Origin: an uncultured cyanobacterium
Lineage (GTDB): Bacteria > Cyanobacteriota > Cyanobacteriia > Pseudanabaenales > Pseudanabaenaceae
Direction: 5' to 3'
NCBI GenBank assembly: GCA_963703315.1
Contig: OY969811.1
Location: forward strand, 1,824,001 to 1,888,000
Length of the DNA: 64,000 bases
This document shows, in pieces, positions 48,512-58,883 of the stretch; the stretch's first letter is position 1, and each line of letters starts with the position of its first letter. The translations under genes were made by a program, and so were the position numbers. The notes below the pieces were generated by a model that worked only from the letters and a program-made list of their open reading frames with translations, ran no database searches and was not told where the DNA came from.

Positions 48512-48949
48512 CTAAAATCTATTAAGTAGCTCTCTTTTTTTTTGCTCAAATTCTTGCTGAGTTATTAATCCTTCTTTCATTAGCTCGCCAAGTTGTCTAA
48601 TTTGATTAGGAATATCTATATTGTTTGAAGCTTCTAGATAAACGGTTTGACCTTCAATGAAAGATTTTTGTTCAATACCAATCAACCATTCAAAAGCATC
48701 ACTCATAGCAGAAAAAGATCCCCAAGCCTTCCTAATGTCATGAGGATCAAGTAATCTGCAATGACCTGTTAGCTTGTTTTTTTGTAATCGCCAACCTTCA
48801 TATGAAGTAATTGTGTCCCAGAAAACTTTACCACCCATAGTAGGAGATTCTACATTTGGCATAGAGCCTATATATTCGCAGAATTTGCCAATAACTTGGG
48901 GATTAGCAACTAATGTAATAAGTCCTTTTTGTAGCATCTTAAATTTCAA
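48512..48949 (-). CDS. SHOCT domain protein
   Basis: C-terminal QIRQLGELMKEGLITQQEFEQKKRELL; start uncertain. Confidence 0.8.
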   Translation of the reverse strand: MKFKMLQKGLITLVANPQVIGKFCEYIGSMPNVESPTMGGKVFWDTITSYEGWRLQKNKLTGHCRLLDPHDIRKAWGSFSAMSDAFEWLIGIEQKSFIEGQTVYLEASNNIDIPNQIRQLGELMKEGLITQQEFEQKKRELLNRF

Positions 48950-49203
48950 ACTCCTAAAACAATAAATGGATATTGATTATTGCCAACTTTTTTGTTGTGA
49001 ACTTTTCTTACTTCGTAAAATTTGTGAAATCGAATAAATTTCATAGTACTAGATACTTTGAGTAAAACAAGCAGCTTAACAAAAATAATAAATTAAACTG
49101 ATTTTTAGACAAATATATTTTTCTGGAATCAATACACAATAAGTAATTGGCTATTTTTAGCTAATGTTTGCAGCGATTTAGTCAGGCGATCGCCTAAACA
49201 TTA

Positions 49204-49458
49204 TTACTTCCCAATGAGACGTTCATACTCAGCGTGCGTACCAATCCAAAACCAAGAAATTCCCTTCTCAACCTCAATTCCCACTGCCCGATATTCCTTA
49301 CTAATTCTTACTGACCAATACTTCCCAACTCTCTTTAAGTGCAAAGATGGATGCGATGGATTAGTTTTGAGTAACTCATAACTTTGATCGGCAATCTCTT
49401 GAATAGTTTCAGGTAAAGCTTTGTAATATCCCCAAAATCGTCTGGTTGTGAAGTGCAT
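49204..49458 (-). CDS. RelE/ParE-like toxin
   Basis: LKTNPSHPSLH.K, WSVRI…YRA, WFWIGTHAEYE; ATG overlaps the antitoxin stop (TAATG). Confidence 0.9.
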   Translation of the reverse strand: MHFTTRRFWGYYKALPETIQEIADQSYELLKTNPSHPSLHLKRVGKYWSVRISKEYRAVGIEVEKGISWFWIGTHAEYERLIGK

Positions 49459-49655
49459 TAGATTTGCTTGCAAAATCCATTTTCAAAATCCTCAATCGCT
49501 TCCTGTGCTAAAAAATCTAACTTCCCCGACTCAATATCACTCTCTAACTGTTCATCCCAACGTTGATAATCTAAATCCAACAGCCAATCAATAACTTTAC
49601 GAAATTCGTTAGGAGGAAGTTCTAATATAGCCGACTCAATTTGTTGAATAGTCAT
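49458..49655 (-). CDS. Antitoxin of the RelE-like toxin
   Basis: IESAILELP…WDEQLESD..SGKLD.LA.EA. Confidence 0.85.
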   Translation of the reverse strand: MTIQQIESAILELPPNEFRKVIDWLLDLDYQRWDEQLESDIESGKLDFLAQEAIEDFENGFCKQI

Positions 49656-49776
49656 CGTTTTAGATTTCTATAGAAAATAATTGTTTGCGCTGGTTAATTT
49701 GAGCGATCGCCAATCAATTGTAGCACTTTAATATTTTAGCTAATATTCGTAGCGATTAACATGGCATCGGCGGCAG

Positions 49777-50457
49777 TTAGCCCACTAAACCCGATCGCAA
49801 TGCTAATACTGCCGCTTGCACGCGATCGTTGACCAATAGCTTATTCATAATGCCGCGCACATAGGTCTTTACCGTATGTTCACTCAAATATAAAGCCTTG
49901 GCAATTTCTGGATTGCTGTAACCTTCAACGATCAAACGCAATACTTCCATTTCTCGATCTGAGAGCGTTCCCTGTGGAATTTGTGGTGTGTTTTTTGATG
50001 TAGGCGTGGCAATCTTGACCTGATCCACCACCAACTGAGCAATCTGAGCATCCAAATATGTCGCTCCCTCATGTACGACAGAGATCGCTTTCATTAGCTG
50101 CTCCACACTCGTACCCTTGACACAGTATCCATCCGCACCACTAGACAACGCCGCAAATACTTCCGTCCGTTCTGTATGCGATGTCAGCATGATCACCTTC
50201 ATCTGGGGCAGCACTTGCTTAATCTGTTGGGTTGCAGCAATCCCATCTAAGTGAGGCATTCCCACATCCATCAGCACCACATCTGGAAGCAGACTCGCTG
50301 CGGATTCAATCCCACCATAGCCGTCTTCAGCAATACCGACTATTTCAAACTGAGTATTAGCTCCCAGCAAATGTTTTAACCCGACCCGCACCATCGGATC
50401 ATCTTCGACAACTAGCAGTTTAATTTTTATTGATTCTAATGTTGATTGTTCACTCAT
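49777..50457 (-). CDS. NarL/LuxR family response regulator
   Basis: VVEDD, MDVGMP, K; LSDREMEVL…SN.EIA..L.LS..TVK. Confidence 0.95.
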   Translation of the reverse strand: MSEQSTLESIKIKLLVVEDDPMVRVGLKHLLGANTQFEIVGIAEDGYGGIESAASLLPDVVLMDVGMPHLDGIAATQQIKQVLPQMKVIMLTSHTERTEVFAALSSGADGYCVKGTSVEQLMKAISVVHEGATYLDAQIAQLVVDQVKIATPTSKNTPQIPQGTLSDREMEVLRLIVEGYSNPEIAKALYLSEHTVKTYVRGIMNKLLVNDRVQAAVLALRSGLVG

Positions 50458-50559
50458 ATTGCTAGTTCATAATATATGGCTAGGATGTAGCACATTTAAC
50501 TCTAGATATTTTAGGCTTCGTATCACCATATCTACTAAATACCATGAGATTGAATTGAG

Positions 50560-51189
50560 ATGAATATTAATTTTGATAACGCCCAATGGATTAATCAGCC
50601 GCAACACTTCACCATCGGTCATGAGTCAATCACAATTACCACTGAACCTCATACTGACTTTTGGCAACGTACTTATTATGGATTTCAGCATGATAATGCT
50701 CCTGCACTTTTACTAACCAGCGATCGCAATTTTTCATTTACCACTAGAGTTTCCTTTAATTACCAAGCGAGATTTGATCAGACTGGTGTCATAATTTACA
50801 TGGATCGTGATAATTGGTTTAAGGCTTCCATTGAGTACGAAAATACTGATATGTCACGTCTAGGCAGTGTCGTCACTAATCAAGGCTATTCCGATTGGGC
50901 AACCACAGATATTTCAACAATTAGTTCCATTTGGTATCGTCTGAGCCGCCGAGGTGCTGATTTCTTGATTGAACATTCACTCAATGGAACAGACTTTAAG
51001 CAAATGCGAATTTTCCATCTATCTGCCCTTGGGGATACGGATGCGACTGTTGCTAAACTTGCGCCCACAGCTATACTCGCTCAATCAGTACGATTTGGTG
51101 TCTATGCCTGTAGTCCTCTTGACTCTTCTTTTATGGCTATATTTGAGTATTTGAGCCTTACTGATTCCCTATGGATGGCGCATGAATAG
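50560..51189 (+). CDS. DUF1349 domain protein
   Basis: TDFWQRTYYGF, FDQTG, WFKASIE, GVYACSP. Confidence 0.88.
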   Translation: MNINFDNAQWINQPQHFTIGHESITITTEPHTDFWQRTYYGFQHDNAPALLLTSDRNFSFTTRVSFNYQARFDQTGVIIYMDRDNWFKASIEYENTDMSRLGSVVTNQGYSDWATTDISTISSIWYRLSRRGADFLIEHSLNGTDFKQMRIFHLSALGDTDATVAKLAPTAILAQSVRFGVYACSPLDSSFMAIFEYLSLTDSLWMAHE

Positions 51190-51313
51190 GCTATTTTAGG
51201 CGATCGCTTAAGTAGCTATCAGAGCAAAAAACTGTGGCGCACACGTAGCGTGCGCCACAGTTTTTTGGGTTTGTACTAACCAACTCCTGCTTTGCTATAT
51301 GCAACGCTAAAAT

Positions 51314-53284
51314 TTATGCACCTTCGCGCAATTTATCAAGAATCGAACGATCTTCTAAAGTAGAAGTGTCGCTGGTGATTTCTTGACCAGAGGCAAGCGA
51401 TCGCAATAGGCGGCGCATAATTTTACCTGATCGAGTTTTCGGTAAAGCTTCCGCAAAGCGAATTTCACTAGGACGGGCGATCGCGCCAATTTCGGCAACA
51501 ACGTGTTTTTTTAGTTCTTTCGATAGCTCTTCACTCGGTTGGCGATCGCCTTCGAGAATCACAAAGGCAAAGATATCTTCACCCTTGACTTCATCGGGCT
51601 TACCGACTACTGCCGCTTCCGCCACCGCAGGATGGGAAACTAGCGCTGATTCGATTTCCATTGTGCCTAAACGGTGTCCAGCCACGTTGATCACATCATC
51701 CACGCGACCCATGACCCAGTAATAGCCATCTTCATCTTTGCGAGCGCCATCTCCTGCAAAATAAACATATTTTCCATCTTTTGGTGGAATATGCTCCCAA
51801 TAGCTTTTACGAAATCTTTCGGGATCGCCGTAAACTGTTCGCATCATCCCTGGCCAAGGATGTCGTACTACTAAATAGCCTCCTGCGTTAGATTCAGCAG
51901 ATTCCCCATCTAGATCGACGATATCAGGAAGAATGCCAGGGAATGGCAGGGTCGCTGAACCTGGTTTAGTGGGAATTGCCCCTGGGAGAGCCGTAATCAT
52001 GATGCCGCCTGTTTCTGTTTGCCACCATGTATCGACAATTGGGCAACGGCTACCACCGATAACACGGTGATACCACATCCATGCTTCAGGATTAATCGGC
52101 TCACCAACAGTTCCCAATAGGCGGAGTGAAGTCAAATCACGAGTATTGGGATGATGTTCTCCCATTTTGATAAAGGAACGAATTGCGGTCGGTGCAGTAT
52201 AGAAAACTGTTACTTGATACTTCTCAATCACATCCCAGAAACAACCAAGATTAGAAGCTCTCGGCGCTCCTTCATACATTAATGTGGTTGCACCATTAGA
52301 AAGTGGACCATAAACAATGTAACTATGTCCCGTAATCCAGCCCACATCGGCGGTACACCAATAGACATCGGTATCCTTGAGATCAAAAATCCATTTAGTA
52401 GTGATATGGCTATAGAGGTTATAGCCTGCGGTGGTATGCACAACTCCCTTCGGTTTGCCTGTGCTACCTGAAGTATAGAGAACGAAGAGCATATCTTCGC
52501 TTTCCATTGGTTCGGCTTCGCATTTGGCAGAAACCCCTTGTTGCAAGTCATGCCACCAATGATCGCGACCTGCGCTCATCTGGATATTTTGACCTGTACG
52601 CATGACAACTAATACATCAGTAACGGTCGGTACGGCTCCATTGGCGATCGCCTTATCTACTTGTTCCTTTAGAGGCACAATCACATCTTTGCGCCAGCCT
52701 CCATCCGCAGTGATCACCAATTTGGCTTCGGCATCAACTAGGCGATCGCGCAAAGCTTCCGCACTAAATCCACCAAAAACTACACCATGCACCGCACCGA
52801 TTCTGGCACAGGCAAGCATCGCGATCGCCGCTTCAGGAATCATCGGCATATAAATCCCAACGCGATCGCCTTTGGTGACTCCTAGTTGTTTAAGCGCATT
52901 AGCAAATTGACAAACTTCACGATGGAGTTGAGCATAAGTTAGTGTGCGCGAGTCACCATTTTCACCTTCCCAAATCAGAGCCGCTTTATTTTTGCGCCAA
53001 GTAGTTAAGTGGCGATCGAGGCAGTTATAGGAAATATTAATTTTGCCACCATCAAACCATTTCACCGATGGTGGTTGCCAATCGAGAACGGTATGCCATT
53101 TCTCAAACCAATCTAGTTCTTTATCGGCAAGGTCTGCCCAAAATGCGGCAGGATCAGCGGCGGCGCGATCGTAGATTTGTTGATATTCTTCTAGACTCTT
53201 AATGTGAGCCGCTTGTGAGAACTCCGCCGATGGCTCAAACAAGCGCTTTTCATTTAAAACAGATTCAATCGTAGGTTGAGACAT
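51314..53284 (-). CDS. acs: Acetyl-CoA synthetase
   Basis: [40 protein letters not shown]. Confidence 0.97.
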   Translation of the reverse strand: MSQPTIESVLNEKRLFEPSAEFSQAAHIKSLEEYQQIYDRAAADPAAFWADLADKELDWFEKWHTVLDWQPPSVKWFDGGKINISYNCLDRHLTTWRKNKAALIWEGENGDSRTLTYAQLHREVCQFANALKQLGVTKGDRVGIYMPMIPEAAIAMLACARIGAVHGVVFGGFSAEALRDRLVDAEAKLVITADGGWRKDVIVPLKEQVDKAIANGAVPTVTDVLVVMRTGQNIQMSAGRDHWWHDLQQGVSAKCEAEPMESEDMLFVLYTSGSTGKPKGVVHTTAGYNLYSHITTKWIFDLKDTDVYWCTADVGWITGHSYIVYGPLSNGATTLMYEGAPRASNLGCFWDVIEKYQVTVFYTAPTAIRSFIKMGEHHPNTRDLTSLRLLGTVGEPINPEAWMWYHRVIGGSRCPIVDTWWQTETGGIMITALPGAIPTKPGSATLPFPGILPDIVDLDGESAESNAGGYLVVRHPWPGMMRTVYGDPERFRKSYWEHIPPKDGKYVYFAGDGARKDEDGYYWVMGRVDDVINVAGHRLGTMEIESALVSHPAVAEAAVVGKPDEVKGEDIFAFVILEGDRQPSEELSKELKKHVVAEIGAIARPSEIRFAEALPKTRSGKIMRRLLRSLASGQEITSDTSTLEDRSILDKLREGA

Positions 53285-53379
53285 AGGTTTTATAAAAATT
53301 ATAAAGATTGAGAATTATTAAATTGTGCTTGATTGTTAGGATTAGTCAGCGTTGCTATTTTACCGTTACTCATCTTACC

Positions 53380-53568
53380 TATAGCAAAGCAAAAGTTAGA
53401 TAATAAGTAGCTCAGCATAGTTAAAAACCAAAACCAGAGCTTGTACCGCCCGCTACGCAGGCGGCACAAGCTTCTTGGTTTTAAGTTTACTTATGCCTAG
53501 CTACTTATAAATCAAAACCCAAGAAGTGAGTTGTGGCGCTTCGCGCCACAACTCACTTCTTGGGTTTG
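53380..53568. mobile_element. TATAGC-family MITE interrupted by a TAAGTAGCT-family MITE (53404-53507)
   Basis: Removing 53404-53507 gives tatagcaaagcaaaagttagata..taaatcaaaacccaagaa, matching the copy at 32206. Confidence 0.8.
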
Positions 53569-53675
53569 ATGGCGGCGCGAAGCGCCGTTATCAAACTTTT
53601 ATAGTGTCTTTAGAATGAGGGCGACTTTCGGTTAAACTGCTTGATTATTCGTAATGAGTTTTATAGTCAGACTCA

Positions 53676-56288
53676 GTGATTTCAATGAGTTTAGGGATAC
53701 CATCATTGCAAAAATGGCTAAAACCAAAACGGATAGCCATTTTAGAAGCTTGTTTAATTGGTTTAGTAGCGGGCTTAGCTGGGGTCATTCTAAAATATGG
53801 CATTGGTTGGGTTGGTGGTTGGCGGATTCAAATCTCTAACGATTTGCCCGCTTGGTTTGCCTTACCTGTGATTGGTTTAACTGGCGGCTTTTTATCAGGT
53901 TTTCTCATTGAACAGTTTGCAACTGAAGCTTCAGGCAGTGGTATTCCCCAAGTCAAGGCAGCCCTGAGTTACGTTCCCATTGCTCTTAATTTACGGGTGG
54001 CGGTTGTCAAGCTGGCTAGCACGATCTTGGCACTTGGGTCTGGACTTGCCCTCGGTCGTCAGGGACCAACAGTCCAAATTGGGGCAGCGATCGCGGGACA
54101 AGTGAGCCAATGGATTCCGACTTCGCCCGAATATCAGCGTCAATTGATTGCCGCAGGAGCCGCCGCAGGACTTGCCGCAGGATTTAATGCCCCGATCGCA
54201 GGAGTGTTATTTGTCATCGAAGAACTACTGCATGATGTCTCTAGTTTGACTTTAGGAACTGCCATTATTGCTTCATTTATTGGTGGTGTGGTTTCTCTCA
54301 TTTTGGGAGGTCAAACCCTCCATTCAACTATTCCGACAATCCAATTTACAGCCCAAGAAATTCCTTTTTTACTATTGCTAGGTCTGCTCGTAGGTTATTT
54401 TGGAGCATTTTTTAATCATAGTGTTATCGCTGTCACCAAATGGAATCGAAACACCTTTAAAATCGGTCTAGCATGGCGAATTGCGATCGCAGGTTGTTTG
54501 TCGGGAATTGCGATCGCGATGTTACCCAGTGATTTTCGTGATAGCTCAGGTTTACAACTATTCTTGGCAATGGGACAGTCTGACTGGCAAATTACGGCAG
54601 GAACCTTTGCGGTACGATTTATCCTGACCTTAATTGCCTGTAGTGCCGAGACTTCGGGAGGATTATTTGTGCCTAGTCTAATCTTAGGAGCAGCACTCGG
54701 TTCACTAGTAGGCAATTTAGAACATTCGCTGCTAGGTGTAGGGACACTCGCAACCTATGCACTTTCGGGAATGGGAGCCTTTTTTGGAGCAGTTGCTAAA
54801 GTTCCGATTACGGCTTTTGTCATCGTTTTTGAAATTACGCGAGATTTTAATATCATTCTGCCCTTGATGATTACGAGTGTAGTCGCCTATCTCTACACCG
54901 AGAAATATGCTCCTGGATCTTTGTACACTCATTTATTGGAACTAAAGGGAATTCATTTACAAACAGAAGTAGTGACGGATGGATTATGGGATGGACTGCG
55001 CTCTGTGGATGTGATGCAGCGACAGGTAGAGACGCTTTCCAGCCAGATCACTGTCAATGAAGCGATGCAAACCTTTGTGAAATCTCATCATCGGGGGTTT
55101 CCAGTGGTAACCAATGATCGTTTAGTGGGAATTATCACGCAAACCGATATTGTCAAGGTCCAAGAGCGTAATCTGTCAGGAGACATCTCCATTGACCAAA
55201 TCATGACCCCGAAACCAATTACGGTCAGCCCTGAAGAGAGTCTTGCTCAAGTTCTCTATTTGCTCTCTTACTATAAACTCTCTCGCTTACCCGTAGTCGA
55301 TCGCCATAAACTTGTCGGCATTATCACTCGCAGTGATATTTTACGCGCTCAATCAAAAAGATTACGCCGAGTTAGTTCTCAAATCAGCAAACCTTCTTAT
55401 CTTGTTTATCAAAGTCGTGGTACTGCCACAGGTAAAGGAAGACTGCTCTTGCCTCTCAGCAATCCTGAAACCGCCCTTTACTTAACTGAGATGGCATTGG
55501 CGATCGCTGACAAACAAAACTATGAATTAGAATGTCTCCATATCATTACGATTCCTCAACACCTTACACCATCAGAAACATCTGTTGATTTAAATCAGAG
55601 CTTGCAACTCTTTGAGCAAGTTACAAATGCACTCAGAAATCGACAAGTTTCTGTGCATACACAGGTACGAGTAGCCCATGATGCAGGTCAAGCCATTTTA
55701 GAAGTATCTAATGATCGCCAGATTGATTTGCTATTAATCGGATGGCATGGTAAGTCAAAATCTCCTGAGCGCATATTTGGTGACACAGTGGATACAGTGG
55801 TAAAGCAAGTAAAATGTGCGGTAATGCTGGTCAAATTTAGCGATCGCTTACAAAAAGCTAATCCATTTAACCAAGAATTTAAAAAACCTCAGATTTCCTT
55901 TGATCGTTGGCTCATCCCTATTGCTGGGGGACCAAATACTGAAAATGCACTGCGATTTCTTCCTGCCTTGATGACTTTATCTCCCTATCCTGAAATCTAT
56001 CTCTGTCAGATTTTTTCTCCTAGTGATCAGAAATATAAAACTAACCAGTTAGATAAATATGCAGATTTTTTATATGAATCCCTCCGTTTTTCTGTTGGTA
56101 CAATTGCGATTTGTGCTAAATCAATTGCCGATGCGATCGTTGATTTAGCAAATCAGCAGCGCAGTGATGTGATTATGCTCGGAGCTAGCCATGAAGGGGT
56201 GTTTCAAAAGATTTTGCATGGCAATATTCCCGAAGCGATCGCCCGAAATAGTAATAGAACCATCATCATCTTTCGCAAAGCGCTATAA
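53676..56288 (+). CDS. ClC (EriC-like) chloride channel/transporter with CBS pair and universal-stress domains
   Basis: GSGIP, GRQGP, AAGFNAPIAG, GGLFVP; CBS (GFPVV, GIITRSD); USP-like C-terminus. Confidence 0.93.
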   Translation: MISMSLGIPSLQKWLKPKRIAILEACLIGLVAGLAGVILKYGIGWVGGWRIQISNDLPAWFALPVIGLTGGFLSGFLIEQFATEASGSGIPQVKAALSYVPIALNLRVAVVKLASTILALGSGLALGRQGPTVQIGAAIAGQVSQWIPTSPEYQRQLIAAGAAAGLAAGFNAPIAGVLFVIEELLHDVSSLTLGTAIIASFIGGVVSLILGGQTLHSTIPTIQFTAQEIPFLLLLGLLVGYFGAFFNHSVIAVTKWNRNTFKIGLAWRIAIAGCLSGIAIAMLPSDFRDSSGLQLFLAMGQSDWQITAGTFAVRFILTLIACSAETSGGLFVPSLILGAALGSLVGNLEHSLLGVGTLATYALSGMGAFFGAVAKVPITAFVIVFEITRDFNIILPLMITSVVAYLYTEKYAPGSLYTHLLELKGIHLQTEVVTDGLWDGLRSVDVMQRQVETLSSQITVNEAMQTFVKSHHRGFPVVTNDRLVGIITQTDIVKVQERNLSGDISIDQIMTPKPITVSPEESLAQVLYLLSYYKLSRLPVVDRHKLVGIITRSDILRAQSKRLRRVSSQISKPSYLVYQSRGTATGKGRLLLPLSNPETALYLTEMALAIADKQNYELECLHIITIPQHLTPSETSVDLNQSLQLFEQVTNALRNRQVSVHTQVRVAHDAGQAILEVSNDRQIDLLLIGWHGKSKSPERIFGDTVDTVVKQVKCAVMLVKFSDRLQKANPFNQEFKKPQISFDRWLIPIAGGPNTENALRFLPALMTLSPYPEIYLCQIFSPSDQKYKTNQLDKYADFLYESLRFSVGTIAICAKSIADAIVDLANQQRSDVIMLGASHEGVFQKILHGNIPEAIARNSNRTIIIFRKAL

Positions 56289-57398
56289 ATCCATCATTTT
56301 CAAATATTCTGCTACTGCATTCTCTACAGTGAAATCATAAGCACGCTGTATCAGCAACTTTCGGTCAATGGGATTACTAAGCGCCTTTTCCATTGCATCA
56401 GCTAACTCTTGGATATCACCAGTATTGACTAGCCACCCATATTTATTAGCCCCTAAAATCTCATTAGGTCCATGGGGACAATTTGTTGAAATCACTTGAC
56501 AACCACAAGCTAAAGCCTCAATTAAAACAGTTGGCAAGGCTTCAAAACGCGAAGAAAGAACCAAAGCTGAAGCCTTAGTCATATAAGCATAAGGATTATC
56601 AGTAAATCCCAATAAAGATACATCCGATTCTAATTGCAAATTAAAAACTTCAGATTCCAAGCGCTGACGTTCTGCTCCTTCACCTAAAATTATTAATCTA
56701 GCAATGTGCTTTTGGCGAAAAATAGCAAAGGCTTTAATCAGTGTTAAAAAATCTTTTTGAGGTGCTAGTCTACCAACTGCTAAAAAGACTGGGGGCTGAC
56801 CAGTTTGTAGCCAAGGATGCTCAATATTTGCTTGAGACTTAGCAACTATATTGTTATCAATAACGGGATTATAAAGCACCTTAACTGTTCCAGATCTCAT
56901 CTTTAAATGCTTCTCTAACTCTGTTGCTAATCCTTGAGAAACCCCTGCAACAACATCAGCTTTAGGATAAAAAAAACGCCTCAATAAATTTATCAAATTA
57001 ATCTTGTTTTCAATATTATCTTGAAAATCAACTTCTAATGAATTAAATGCAATATGTTCTACTAAAAGAATGCGTAAAGGAATAAAAGCTAAAAATTTAG
57101 CAATTATAGCAATAACATTAAACTGTACTAATTGAGAAATCAAAATAGATGGTTTTTCTTTTCGGAGATAACCTACTAGAGGAAATACACGTCTGAGCCT
57201 AGAATTAGCAGATAATTCAATAATTCTTACTTCGGGTGGGACTTCATTTAGAAAATGACCTTGTTTCTCAAAAACCACTAAGTCTATTGATATAGGATAT
57301 TTAACAAGTCCTTTAAGTAAATTGACAACTACTCTCTCCACCCCCCCGCTATCAACATTGTGTAGTAAAAAAGCAATTTTAGGGATTTTTTCAGTCAT
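56283..57398 (-). CDS. Glycosyltransferase family 4
   Basis: GGVERV, VGRLAPQK, SSRFEALPTVLIEALACG; ATG 57398 preferred. Confidence 0.92.
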   Translation of the reverse strand: MTEKIPKIAFLLHNVDSGGVERVVVNLLKGLVKYPISIDLVVFEKQGHFLNEVPPEVRIIELSANSRLRRVFPLVGYLRKEKPSILISQLVQFNVIAIIAKFLAFIPLRILLVEHIAFNSLEVDFQDNIENKINLINLLRRFFYPKADVVAGVSQGLATELEKHLKMRSGTVKVLYNPVIDNNIVAKSQANIEHPWLQTGQPPVFLAVGRLAPQKDFLTLIKAFAIFRQKHIARLIILGEGAERQRLESEVFNLQLESDVSLLGFTDNPYAYMTKASALVLSSRFEALPTVLIEALACGCQVISTNCPHGPNEILGANKYGWLVNTGDIQELADAMEKALSNPIDRKLLIQRAYDFTVENAVAEYLKMMDL

Positions 57399-57579
57399 AA
57401 AATTTGTAACTATAAGTAGCAATACAAATCAATTTTGCATTAGTCTATTCTTCTTATATTATCTTGGAAAAGACTTGTTTCATATAGGCTTTTTCAAGCA
57501 AGTTAGGCAAACAAGATTTTTATCTACTGAGTGAATATACTTATGCTAATAAAATATAATTCTTGAAAATTACAGTAGC

Positions 57580-57695
57580 TATAGCAAAGCAAGTTTTGCT
57601 TAGGAAATAAAACCCAAGAAACGAATTGCGGCGCGAAGCGCCGCAACTCGTTTCTTGGGTTTTGGTTTGTACTAGCTAACTCTTTTTTTGCTATA
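57580..57695. mobile_element. Complete TATAGC-family palindromic MITE (116 bp)
   Basis: Ends TATAGCAAA / TTTGCTATA; core aaaacccaagaaacgaattgcggcgc-gaa-gcgccgcaactcgtttcttgggtttt. Confidence 0.8.
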
Positions 57696-57708
57696 TTACC
57701 TAAGATAT

Positions 57709-57939
57709 TTAGGATTTATAGTTCCGCCCGATCGCAATTTGATATGTCTTTAATGGCACACCAAATCGAGAGATATTCACTTTGCTGACAGGTATCACTT
57801 GATCAAAATGGGCGATCGCTACATTGGTGAGGGGATAACATTGATCAGAGATGAGGACTGCATTTTTGCCATTTTGTTTAGCGGCATTCTGCAAATTCCA
57901 AATCGTAAACTGATGGATTAATAGGCATAGTTGTAGCAC
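57709..57939 (-). pseudogene. Possible C-terminal remnant of an ArnT/GT39-type glycosyltransferase
   Basis: QFTIW…GKNAVLISD…F…I.RFG…..Y pattern recalled from cyanobacterial GT39 C-termini; no upstream body. Confidence 0.3.
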
Positions 57940-57994
57940 TTTCCTTAGTCAACAAAAGCATGGGCAATTCATAAATTACCCATGCTTTTGTTGG

Positions 57995-58831
57995 CTAAGT
58001 TTGGGAAGGAATAAATTGATAGCGCAAAAACAACTCGGACTCATGATGGTATAGCGATCGCAAGGTGAGCTTAGGTAAATCACCACCACCAAAACCATAT
58101 CCTGAGCCGCTAATAACCGTCATGTTATCCAAACCTCCAACGATATGCGGTGACAAAGTGAGAAATAATTCATCGGCAAATCCTTGAGAAATCAGCGAAT
58201 AGTTTAACGCGGGACCACCTTCAACTAGAAGCCGTTTAATTTTCAACTTCTCAAATAGAACTTGCAATACTTGTCTTAAATCAATTTGATGATCTTGAGT
58301 TGGGAATCGAAAAATCTGTGCTTTTTCTTCTAGCCATGCTGCAACAGGAGTATCTTCTCCAAGTAATACGACTCGAAAATCTTTGCCAGCATCCCAAAAC
58401 CGATGATCGCTAGGTAAGTCACCTGAATTGGTGATGACGATACCGAGGGGCTGGGATTGCGGAAAATTTTTGTGGCGCTCTTCTAATAATTCGGTTGGTA
58501 CGGTAGGAATAAAAGCATCTTGACGCAGCGTTGTTCCCCCTGCTAAAACGGCATCAAATTGCGATCGCAACCGCTTCATTAAAAGGCGATCGGGACGTGA
58601 TCCTAATCCTGTGAGTTTGCCCTTGTAGGTTGTGGCTTTACCGTCAACACTGGAAACCATATTGAAGGCAATATATGGACGCTTGGCAGGCTGATCGAGT
58701 TCATTAACAAACTCGACACCTTCAGTCGGAAATGCTAATTCTTCAAAGTTGTAAATGCGATCACTGCGATCATTATTACGATCATCAGCGCGATCGCGTG
58801 ACGAGTACAAACTGTTATACATAAACCCCAA
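57995..58831 (-). CDS. RibD C-terminal (reductase-only) domain protein
   Basis: NMVSSVDGK, LRSQFDAVLAGGTTLR.D, LLVEGGP, DELFLTLSP. Confidence 0.88.
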   Translation of the reverse strand: MGFMYNSLYSSRDRADDRNNDRSDRIYNFEELAFPTEGVEFVNELDQPAKRPYIAFNMVSSVDGKATTYKGKLTGLGSRPDRLLMKRLRSQFDAVLAGGTTLRQDAFIPTVPTELLEERHKNFPQSQPLGIVITNSGDLPSDHRFWDAGKDFRVVLLGEDTPVAAWLEEKAQIFRFPTQDHQIDLRQVLQVLFEKLKIKRLLVEGGPALNYSLISQGFADELFLTLSPHIVGGLDNMTVISGSGYGFGGGDLPKLTLRSLYHHESELFLRYQFIPSQT

Positions 58832-58883
58832 CTAGTAATTTAATATTTGGTAGCGTGGCTTTGCCGCGCTACCAAATATTTAG

